64,000 nucleotides of DNA from Elusimicrobiota bacterium (GTDB lineage Bacteria > Elusimicrobiota > Endomicrobiia > CG1-02-37-114 > JAHJSO01), in assembly GCA_043826435.1 (NCBI GenBank), contig JBDRQF010000030.1:1-64000 (forward strand), written 5' to 3'. The notes beneath the pieces are model-generated. The model was given only the letters and a program-made list of their open reading frames with translations. It had not been told where the DNA came from and did no database searches. Both the position numbers and the translations under genes were made by a program. The first letter of the stretch is position 1; each line of letters begins with the position of its first letter. This document shows, piece by piece, positions 8,786-16,901 of this stretch.

Positions 8786-10324
8786 ATGAACAAAACTACA
8801 AGGGTCAGGTTCGCCCCTTCACCCACAGGCGACCTTCACATAGGAGGCGCAAGGACAGCCCTGTTTAACTGGCTTTTTGCCAGAAAAACGAGAGGCGTCT
8901 TTCTGCTGCGTATTGAAGATACCGACGAGACGAGGGCAACAGAAGAGTCGGTCGGCGGGATTATAGAGAGTTTAAAATGGCTCGGTCTGGATTGGGATGA
9001 AGGAGTGCACGACCCGTGCACTGCACAGGTACCCCGCGGGGAATACGGCCCCTATCACCAGATGCAGCGTCTGGTGATTTATAAAAAATGGACGGACAAA
9101 CTGCTTTCCTCCGGCAATGCCTATTATTGTTTCTGCACGCATGAAGAACTTGAACAGATGAGAAAAACGCAACTCCTCAACAAACAGCCGCCGAAATACG
9201 ACGGCAGGTGCAGGGGGCTTCCGGATGCGGAAATAAAAGAGAAACTGGCGGGCGGGCGGAAAGCGGTTGTCAGGTTTAAGATGCCCGACAGCGGCGCCAC
9301 CGTTTTTACCGACTTAATCAGAGGCGAGGTCAAGTTTGAAAACGGCCTGCTGGACGATTTTATAATAGTCAAGACCAGCGGGGTGCCCACTTACAACTTC
9401 GCATGTGTTGTGGATGATTATGAAATGAAAATAACCCACGTCCTCAGGGGCGACGACCACCTGTCCAACACGCCAAGGCAGATACAACTGTATAATGCGC
9501 TTGGATGGGCGGGCGACGTCCCGGAGTTCGGCCACCTCTCAATGATACTCGGGCAGGACGGCTCGCGGCTCTCCAAGAGGCACGGGGCAGGCAGCGTTCT
9601 GGAGTACCGGCAGGCCGGGTATCTCCCGGAGGCGCTTTTTAACTACATGGCGCTTCTCGGATGGTCAACCGCGGACAGCCAGCAGTTGTTTTCGTCAAGG
9701 GAGGAACTGGTGGAAAAATTTTCAATTGAGAGATGTTCAAAGAGTCCTGCGATTTTTGACCTGCAGAAACTTTTGTGGATGAACGGCGAGTATATAAGAA
9801 AAATGCCCGTTGAAAAATTAATTGAGTTATCCGCGCTGGCTGACCCCCCGCCGGCCGACCCCCCGCCGGCCGATCCCCCGCTGGCTGATCCCCCGCCGGC
9901 CGGAAGGATTGACTTTTCAAATCAAAAGGAGTATAATTATATCAGGTCGGCGGTTAAACTGGAACATGAAAAGATTAAACTGCTGACGGACATCCCGTAC
10001 CTCGTAGAGTTCTTTATCAAGGAAGAGATTGACTATGACCCTGCGGCGGTTGAGAAGGTACTGAAAAAGGAAAATGTCGGCGGGTTACTGCAGGATATCA
10101 GGGAACGGTTTGAAAAATCGGCGGAATTCAGCGCGGCGGCGACGGAGAAGATATGCAGGGACTACGCCGAAGAAAAAGGGCTGAAAACGTCTAAGGTCTT
10201 TCATCCGTTGAGGGTTGCAGTAAGCGGCAGGACGCAGGGTCCCGGGCTTTTTGAAATGATTGAACTCCTCGGGATGAAAAGGGTTTTAACGCGACTAAAA
10301 AGGACGGTGGAAAAATATGTCTGA
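8786..10324 (+). CDS. gltX: Glutamate--tRNA ligase
   Basis: RFAPSPTG.LHIGG, RIEDTD and RLSKR motifs; the upstream ORF extension is translated repeat DNA. Confidence 0.97.
   Translation: MNKTTRVRFAPSPTGDLHIGGARTALFNWLFARKTRGVFLLRIEDTDETRATEESVGGIIESLKWLGLDWDEGVHDPCTAQVPRGEYGPYHQMQRLVIYKKWTDKLLSSGNAYYCFCTHEELEQMRKTQLLNKQPPKYDGRCRGLPDAEIKEKLAGGRKAVVRFKMPDSGATVFTDLIRGEVKFENGLLDDFIIVKTSGVPTYNFACVVDDYEMKITHVLRGDDHLSNTPRQIQLYNALGWAGDVPEFGHLSMILGQDGSRLSKRHGAGSVLEYRQAGYLPEALFNYMALLGWSTADSQQLFSSREELVEKFSIERCSKSPAIFDLQKLLWMNGEYIRKMPVEKLIELSALADPPPADPPPADPPLADPPPAGRIDFSNQKEYNYIRSAVKLEHEKIKLLTDIPYLVEFFIKEEIDYDPAAVEKVLKKENVGGLLQDIRERFEKSAEFSAAATEKICRDYAEEKGLKTSKVFHPLRVAVSGRTQGPGLFEMIELLGMKRVLTRLKRTVEKYV
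9839..9898 (+). repeat. 15-bp tandem repeat x4 in frame within gltX (ADPPP)
   Basis: gctgaccccccgccg gccgaccccccgccg gccgatcccccgctg gctgatcccccgccg. Confidence 0.95.
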
Positions 10325-10757
10325 GGCAAATAACCTTTTTGTGGGGCTGGTCATTTCCATATCTGCTTCCGCCTGGCAGGGGTTAGGTAAAATTAAAAAC
10401 TATTTAACAGGCAAGGTGGAAAGAAACCTGGAGCAGGCGAAGGGCGCTATTGACCTGATGGAGATGCTCAAAGAAAAAACAAAAAACAACCTGAATAGCG
10501 AGGAAGAAAAGATTCTCCTGACGACCATTACAGACCTGCAACTGAATTATGTGGAGGAGTTAAAGGGAGATGGTAAGCCCGAAGCAGGTAAAGTTCAGGG
10601 TGGCGGAGAAGCCACTCCCGGTGACGGTGAAACCGGGGCCGGCGGAGTAAATTCAGGTGGCTCTGCGGCAGGCGAAAGTAATCCAGGCGGTGGCTCTGCG
10701 GCAGATGCAGCCAAATCAGGTGATGGCCAGCCGCAGTCAGACAAGCCATCCTCGTAA
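10317..10757 (+). CDS. DUF1844-family protein with Gly/Ser-rich low-complexity tail
   Basis: QGLGKIKN..TGKVERNLEQAK..ID.MEMLKEKTKNNL..EE pattern. Confidence 0.75.
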   Translation: MSEANNLFVGLVISISASAWQGLGKIKNYLTGKVERNLEQAKGAIDLMEMLKEKTKNNLNSEEEKILLTTITDLQLNYVEELKGDGKPEAGKVQGGGEATPGDGETGAGGVNSGGSAAGESNPGGGSAADAAKSGDGQPQSDKPSS

Positions 10758-10776
10758 AAACTATATATATATGGAT

Positions 10777-10848
10777 TGCCGGGTGGTGTAACGGTAGCAC
10801 ATCTGGCTCTGGACCAGAGGGCTGGAGGTTCAAATCCTCCCCCGGCAG
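10777..10848 (+). tRNA. tRNA-Gln (CTG)
   Basis: TGCCGGG/CCCGGCA acceptor stem; TCTGG-CTCTGGA-CCAGA anticodon arm; GGTTCAAATCC. Confidence 0.95.
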
Positions 10849-10862
10849 TAACACTGTGGACA

Positions 10863-10891
10863 TAGACAAAATTCTTAAAATATTGTAAACT
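10863..10891 (+). promoter_or_regulatory. Putative sigma70 promoter for the R-M operon
   Basis: TAGACA-17 bp-TAAACT. Confidence 0.45.
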
Positions 10892-10972
10892 TGTCATATA
10901 GAAATGACGAAAAGGAGTAAATTTATCATATGAATAAGGCAAAAAAACCCGGGAAACAATTGAATAAATAAA

Positions 10973-11965
10973 ATGGAAAACAAAAGATCTAAATTAAGAA
11001 ATGAAACAATCGCCTACAAATCTCCAAAAAAGAAAAAAATGTTTGTGCGAGAACAAGGAAATTCTAATTTTTACACTGGGAATGACGAGACAAAGTATTT
11101 GAATAAAGTATTTTTTAAAGATTCCAGAAATATGGATGAAATTCCCGATGATACAGTTCATTTGATAGTTACAAGTCCTCCGTATTTTAACATAAAGGAC
11201 TATTCAAAAGACGGTTGGCAAAAGATACAGCATTCTAAAAAAGAAGAAGGACAAATAGGCGATATTTTTAATTATGAAAACTATATAAATGAATTGCTTA
11301 AGGTCTGGAAAGGGTGTGAACGGGTACTAAAACCTAATGGGAAATTGGTTGTGAACACGCCACTTATGCCGATGTTAAAAAGCGAACTAAACACTCACTA
11401 TAATAGACATATTTTTGACATAAACGCAGATATTCAACACTCAATATTAAAAAATGTAAAAGGTCTTTTTTTATATGATATTTACATTTGGAACAGAACG
11501 AATCCGAGTAAAAGATTAATGTTTGGAAGTTATCCATATCCCAGAAATTTCTATGCTCAAAACACAGTTGAATTTATAACTGTATATGTGAAAAATGGAA
11601 TATCAAATAACAATATTTCAAAAGAGATTAAAGAAAAAAGTCGTCTAACCGAAAAGGAATGGGTGGAATTCACAAAACAGGTTTGGAATATACCGATTCC
11701 GAATAAGAACGACATTGCTTTTGGAAAACATCCTGCAATTATGCCGGAAGAAATCATAAGAAGGTGTGTAAGATTATTTACTTTTGTTGATGATTTGGTT
11801 TTAGATCCATTTACCGGTAGTGGTACAACATTAAAAGTTGCAAGAGAATTAGGAAGAAATTTTGTTGGTTATGAAATATGTGAATCATATAAAGAAGTAA
11901 TCGGAAAAAAACTCGCTCAAATTAGTATAGAGGAGTATATAACGACTAATGTTGGAAATAAATAA
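10973..11965 (+). CDS. Beta-class DNA methyltransferase, probably N4-cytosine (M2.MboII-like)
   Basis: TSPPY motif IV before HPA..P and DPFTGSGTT motif I. Confidence 0.9.
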   Translation: MENKRSKLRNETIAYKSPKKKKMFVREQGNSNFYTGNDETKYLNKVFFKDSRNMDEIPDDTVHLIVTSPPYFNIKDYSKDGWQKIQHSKKEEGQIGDIFNYENYINELLKVWKGCERVLKPNGKLVVNTPLMPMLKSELNTHYNRHIFDINADIQHSILKNVKGLFLYDIYIWNRTNPSKRLMFGSYPYPRNFYAQNTVEFITVYVKNGISNNNISKEIKEKSRLTEKEWVEFTKQVWNIPIPNKNDIAFGKHPAIMPEEIIRRCVRLFTFVDDLVLDPFTGSGTTLKVARELGRNFVGYEICESYKEVIGKKLAQISIEEYITTNVGNK

Positions 11966-12728
11966 ATTGTACGTAATGGACTGTTTTAAGTTTTTAGAAA
12001 AAATAGACGATAAATCTGTGGATTTAATTGTTGTAGATCCACCTTATTTTTTAAAAAAAGCAAAATGGGATACATTTAAGTCCCATAAGGATTTTTTACG
12101 ATTTACTTTTTCTTGGATTGATACTTGTATTCCTAAATTAAAAGATGAGGGAAGTTTTTATATTTTCAATACTCCCTATAATTGTGCATTTATACTTATG
12201 CATATTTTAAAAAGCGGATTGAAATTCCGAAATTGGATTACTTGGGATAAGCGTGATGGATTAGCAAGTGCTAATAAAAAGTACGTTAATGGACAAGAAA
12301 CGATTTTATTTTTCACAAAAGGAAATAATAACACTTTTAATGCTGATGAAATCAGATTACCGTATGAGTCAACGAAGAGAATGTCTTATGCAAAAGTGAA
12401 AGGCATTTTAAAAAATGGCAAGAGGTGGTTTCCTAATCCCAAAGGAAAATTATGCAGTGAAGTTTGGCATATATCCAGCGAAAGACATAGAAATAAAGTT
12501 AATGGCAAAACCCCGAAACTGCCTCATTTTACGCCGAAACCTCTTGAAATGATAGAAAGAATAATAAAAGCGAGCAGCAATAAAGGGGATTTAATTTTGG
12601 ACTGTTTCATGGGGACGGGGACAACGGCATTGGCCGCGAAAAAACTTGGCAGAAATTTTATTGGTTGCGATAATAATAAAAAATACATTCAAGCGGCAGA
12701 AGACAGATTAAAAAACGGAAAGTTTTAA
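11949..12728 (+). CDS. Beta-class N6-adenine DNA methyltransferase, M1.MboII-like
   Basis: DPPY and DCFMGTGTT motifs; MLEINK, WDKRDG, GILKNGKRWFPNP and KVNGKT blocks match M1.MboII as recalled. Confidence 0.88.
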   Translation: MLEINKLYVMDCFKFLEKIDDKSVDLIVVDPPYFLKKAKWDTFKSHKDFLRFTFSWIDTCIPKLKDEGSFYIFNTPYNCAFILMHILKSGLKFRNWITWDKRDGLASANKKYVNGQETILFFTKGNNNTFNADEIRLPYESTKRMSYAKVKGILKNGKRWFPNPKGKLCSEVWHISSERHRNKVNGKTPKLPHFTPKPLEMIERIIKASSNKGDLILDCFMGTGTTALAAKKLGRNFIGCDNNKKYIQAAEDRLKNGKF

Positions 12729-12741
12729 CGAGGAGAGAAAT

Positions 12742-14187
12742 ATGTTTATACAAAATCAGATTACCTCATTACCAAACCATTTAAGTAAAATAAAGGAGAT
12801 GTTAACAGGGTGCAAAAAACTACTTTTAACAGTGTCATACATACGAGATAGTGGCGTGAATATTTTAATTGGTGATTTGAAAAATATAATTGAAAATAAA
12901 GGAAGTGTGAAATTGGTTTGTAGCAGTGATATGGGAATAACAGACCCAGCCGCGATTAAGAAATTATTAGATATTGGTGTGGAAGTGAAAGTATATAAAC
13001 TTGGAGAAGGAACTTTTCATGCTAAAGTTTGGTTATCAAACAAAAATAATAAGTGGTACTGTATGGTGGGTTCTGCAAACTGCAGCAAGAGTGCATTTAT
13101 TGATAATGTAGAAGCAAGTTTAATGATTGATACAGATTCAAACATAGGTGGAGCAATAGAGCAAGCGTTAATGTTTTTTGAATATTTGTGGGACAGTGGA
13201 AAATGTTTCAATGTAGATTATGAATTTTTAAACACTTGGCAAAAAAGAAAAAACAGTAAAGCAATAATAAAAGAAAAAATTGAAGAAATAAAAATATCTC
13301 CTGAGAAACAAAAAGTTTCTGATTTATTATTTAGTTATTGCAAAGACTGGATAGATATTAAAAAGGGGCAGAAACAGAAAGATGAATTTAAAGAATCATT
13401 GTGGCGAGGATGGTACATAATCCCTGACCAAGACCCAATAAATGATGAAACAATGAAACGATTAAGAGATATAATTCGGGTAATACTCGCCGATGATAAT
13501 TATTTAAAAAGTGGTTTTTTTGACATTTCGCCCAATAGTTCAGCTTTAAATAAAATCCTTGAATTAACAAAATTCAAATTTAAAAGAAAAAAGTTAAAAA
13601 TGGATATAAGGAGTTTATTTATACGACAAGAAAAAAATTACTTAGTCAGGTTTGGTTTTGTTGTGCCTCTACTTAATGACAATAACAAGGAAGATGAATA
13701 TAAATTAATTGTAACTGATTTGGGAGTAAAAATTGCTAATTGTCAAGATGTTAATTGTGTAAAGGATTTATATTCACAGAATATGCTTTCATATAAATGG
13801 GGTAACCTATTTATTTTTTCTTTTACTCTAAAATTGTTACAAAAAACTACACATATAACTCTTGATGAATTTTCTCTATTTGTTATGCATGCTTATTCAA
13901 TGGATGAGTTTAACGATGTTAAAGATTTAATTTTAATGTATAGAAAACTTTCAGAAGCAGAAAGGAGATCTTTGGTCGCAAAAGTTAATGAATATTTTGA
14001 ACAAATAAAAGGCACTACTGCTGAAAATGTTAGAGGTAATTATTTTAAACACGCCAAATATACAATTTCTGCAATTGGTTGGACTCAGGGTTTGTCTTAT
14101 GACGCGGAGCAAAGGATTTTGAAAATTATAGACAATGATAAAATTTCCAAACTGTTAGAATATTATGATATAGAGAGGGGGCAATGA
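12742..14187 (+). CDS. Putative restriction endonuclease with N-terminal PLD (HxK) nuclease domain
   Basis: FHAKVWL...VGSAN.S...NVEA PLD motif; co-oriented with two MTases. Confidence 0.82.
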   Translation: MFIQNQITSLPNHLSKIKEMLTGCKKLLLTVSYIRDSGVNILIGDLKNIIENKGSVKLVCSSDMGITDPAAIKKLLDIGVEVKVYKLGEGTFHAKVWLSNKNNKWYCMVGSANCSKSAFIDNVEASLMIDTDSNIGGAIEQALMFFEYLWDSGKCFNVDYEFLNTWQKRKNSKAIIKEKIEEIKISPEKQKVSDLLFSYCKDWIDIKKGQKQKDEFKESLWRGWYIIPDQDPINDETMKRLRDIIRVILADDNYLKSGFFDISPNSSALNKILELTKFKFKRKKLKMDIRSLFIRQEKNYLVRFGFVVPLLNDNNKEDEYKLIVTDLGVKIANCQDVNCVKDLYSQNMLSYKWGNLFIFSFTLKLLQKTTHITLDEFSLFVMHAYSMDEFNDVKDLILMYRKLSEAERRSLVAKVNEYFEQIKGTTAENVRGNYFKHAKYTISAIGWTQGLSYDAEQRILKIIDNDKISKLLEYYDIERGQ

Positions 14188-14236
14188 AACCACATTTTGT
14201 AAAAACCCGGTTATCAATCGTATCTGGAGATAATAA

Positions 14237-14390
14237 AACCACAAGGTATATTCAATTGATACGGGCTTATCTAATGTGGTGGGGTTCAAATTTTCTGAAG
14301 ATTGGGGGAAATTAGCAGAAAACATTGTGGCATTGAAATTAAAAAGCATGCAGATGTTATCTCCGCTTATAGAAATACATTCTCGCACCT
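14237..14390 (+). pseudogene. Remnant of an AAA+ ATPase DUF4143 C-terminal domain
   Basis: KVYSIDTGLSNVVGFKFSEDWGKLAENIVALKL with in-frame stops just upstream and no N-terminal ATPase domain; end approximate. Confidence 0.65.
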
Positions 14391-14407
14391 TGCCCAAGAA
14401 TTGGTTT

Positions 14408-16759
14408 CTAATCAATAACAGAACTCAAAGAATATTTCCTGCCATTGGAAGTTATAGTAATTGCCCCACGGGCAGCGGTGGAAAAAATAGGCAGGGTGTG
14501 ATGGTTCGGGGAAACGGTGTGGTGTGAGGATGCGGTGTGATTCGGGGGCGGGTGTTGTCGCAGGGATATGCGGGGCGGTATATTCGTCTTGTTTGTGGAA
14601 ACAACCAAATGTTGGGGCAGGAGTTTTTTTAGCAGGCCGTCGGGTATTCTTTGTTGCCCGTTGCGAGGGATTTGCAAAATATTTACTCTGCCTGTTTTTT
14701 CAGAGATTGATTCTATGAAGGTATCGGTAGCATCCGAAGTGAACAACATAGAAAAATTTTTATAGGTTAGTTTGATGACAGCTGTGGGGGGCTGGCAGAA
14801 CGTCTCAATCATAAAACTGCCGCGGTCCTGCGTTAAATAAACCCCGTCTTCCCCATCCTTTTGTAATCTTTCAACCGCTATTTTCTTTTCTGCCGCCAGC
14901 GATAGCAAAGATTTAAGTTCATCTGCTGTCTCAGGCAGATTATCGCACACAACAATTTTTCCTACCTTCAGTTCTTCAATAAGTGTTCTAAGCCCGGAGT
15001 AATACGTCCAGTTATCCGATGTGATAAATATCCTGTCAATGCGGGATATGCCCCTTGACCACAGAAACGGCATCAGTACTCTTTCTCCGACGAAAGACGT
15101 TTCCCCGCCGCAGTCAATAAAAATATTTTCCGCCAGGGGTGTCCTTACGAATACGGCGTTCCCCTGCCCGACATCAAGAAAAATAATCTCCAGTTTTCCT
15201 TTCCTCTTACGGATGCCGGTGGACAACAGGACAAACGCACACAGGCAGACGATACCCGCAAGACGGTGGAGTCCTTTTTTAAATTTGAAGACGGTAATTA
15301 GCAACGCATAAAACGAAACCATAAAAAGAAACGAGGGTTCCCCGGTCCTGACGATTGCGCCCGGCAGTTCTGAAAAAAACGTCACTGTTTTTATAAGCAG
15401 GTGCGAAAGGGCGTAACAGGAAAACGAGAATGTTTTCAGGATGGCCCCGCTCAACGGCATAACAAACGGGATGGACGCCGTCGTCCATTGAAAAAACAAA
15501 TGGGCGAAAAGCAGCCCGAAACACGACCATAGGATAATCCCGACGGCAGGGACCACAATCAGGTTTGAAACGAGCGATACAACGGAGAGTTTGTGAAAGT
15601 AACCGGCAAGCAGAGGGGCGGTTGCAAGTTGCGCCCCGACGGATACAAAAAACAGGTTAACAACGCCGCTCATCAATTTTTTAAGAAGCGTGATGATTTT
15701 CGGTTCACCCGGAACTTCTTCAAACCACGGCTTGCAGGCGTTTATAAGTTTCGGGGAAATATATACAATCCCCAGGCATGCCCCGTATGAAAGTTGCATG
15801 CTCGCCCCGAATACTGCCTGCGGGTCAAACACTAAAATAATAAGCGCTGAGAGGGCAAAGGCATGATAAGTCACCTTTTCCCGTCCCAGGCAAAATGCGA
15901 TAATAAAAATAAAAACAATGAGGGTTGAACGCAAGACAGGGGGCGCCGCGCCTGTTACCATGCAATAAACCATGAGGGGAGGGGTTATCATCAGCCATCT
16001 GGCACGGATGCTTCCGAGTGGCATCCACCGCACGACAAACCAGAATACGGCGACGACATAACCCACGTGCAGGCCGCTCACCACAAGGGTGTGCATCACT
16101 CCCGAATCAATAAAAGCGGTGCGGGTTTCCGTTGTCAGTCCGCTCCTGTCGCCCGTGAACATCGCAGTCAGGATACCCGCCTCTGCGGGAGGCAGGTTCT
16201 CCCTGACCGAACTTATCATTTTCCCGCGGACAGAGCCAATGAACCCGTCAAAAAACTTATGAATTTTCCGGACGGGACTCATTCCGACGGGGCTCAGCCC
16301 CGCGGGTTTAACTACCGAAAGTTCATCAATTAGCAGCGTGCCGCTGTAACCTTTCCTGAGCAGATACCTGCCGTAGTCAAATTGTCCCGGGTTCCGTGGT
16401 TTAGGTAAAGGCAGTATTTTTCCCCTGATTTTTAATTCATCATACAAGTTAATTTTTAACTTTTCGGCGTAATGAGGGTAATACTTCGCCAGCAGTTTAA
16501 TCCTGTCCGCATTTTCCGGAACTGACTTTATCCCGCGCAGGGGGACGTCAACGTTAAATTCAATGCGGTTTGATTTTTCGGTTGACGCAGAAACGGTTGT
16601 TCCGTGTAGTTCAATCGGTTTACCGGCGAGCGGAAGGACAGCCCGCACCCTGTCCTCAAAATATCCCCGGCCATCCAGCATCGCCAGCCCGCAGATATAT
16701 AGGATGACCAGCCAGACAAACCCGTAGTTCCTGAACCCGGCAGACAGTCCCTTCATCAT
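14408..16759 (-). CDS. comEC: ComEC/Rec2 competence protein
   Basis: PRNPGQFDY, HTLVVSGLHVG, QLSY and DVGQG motifs; multiple TM segments. Confidence 0.92.
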   Translation of the reverse strand: MMKGLSAGFRNYGFVWLVILYICGLAMLDGRGYFEDRVRAVLPLAGKPIELHGTTVSASTEKSNRIEFNVDVPLRGIKSVPENADRIKLLAKYYPHYAEKLKINLYDELKIRGKILPLPKPRNPGQFDYGRYLLRKGYSGTLLIDELSVVKPAGLSPVGMSPVRKIHKFFDGFIGSVRGKMISSVRENLPPAEAGILTAMFTGDRSGLTTETRTAFIDSGVMHTLVVSGLHVGYVVAVFWFVVRWMPLGSIRARWLMITPPLMVYCMVTGAAPPVLRSTLIVFIFIIAFCLGREKVTYHAFALSALIILVFDPQAVFGASMQLSYGACLGIVYISPKLINACKPWFEEVPGEPKIITLLKKLMSGVVNLFFVSVGAQLATAPLLAGYFHKLSVVSLVSNLIVVPAVGIILWSCFGLLFAHLFFQWTTASIPFVMPLSGAILKTFSFSCYALSHLLIKTVTFFSELPGAIVRTGEPSFLFMVSFYALLITVFKFKKGLHRLAGIVCLCAFVLLSTGIRKRKGKLEIIFLDVGQGNAVFVRTPLAENIFIDCGGETSFVGERVLMPFLWSRGISRIDRIFITSDNWTYYSGLRTLIEELKVGKIVVCDNLPETADELKSLLSLAAEKKIAVERLQKDGEDGVYLTQDRGSFMIETFCQPPTAVIKLTYKNFSMLFTSDATDTFIESISEKTGRVNILQIPRNGQQRIPDGLLKKLLPQHLVVSTNKTNIPPRISLRQHPPPNHTASSHHTVSPNHHTLPIFSTAARGAITITSNGRKYSLSSVID

Positions 16760-16783
16760 ATAAATTAATTATACAAGTGTTTT

Positions 16784-16872
16784 TGTGAAGTTTGTGTGAA
16801 GAAAGCAGCGGGGGCGGGTGTGCAGGGTTATGTAAGGTGCGTGTGAAGTTTGTGTGAAGAAAGCAGCGGGGG
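16784..16872. repeat. 31-bp direct repeat x2 separated by 27 bp
   Basis: tgtgaagtttgtgtgaagaaagcagcggggg at 16784 and 16842. Confidence 0.9.
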
Positions 16873-16901
16873 GTATTGCCGTATCAGGGCGGGGCGGGTT
16901 T

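Noticed and set aside
10777..14410. Prophage or ICE integrated at tRNA-Gln
   Set aside because: No integrase, att duplication, phage or conjugation genes are visible.
16784..16872. CRISPR mini-array
   Set aside because: Only two repeats, non-palindromic, with no cas genes.
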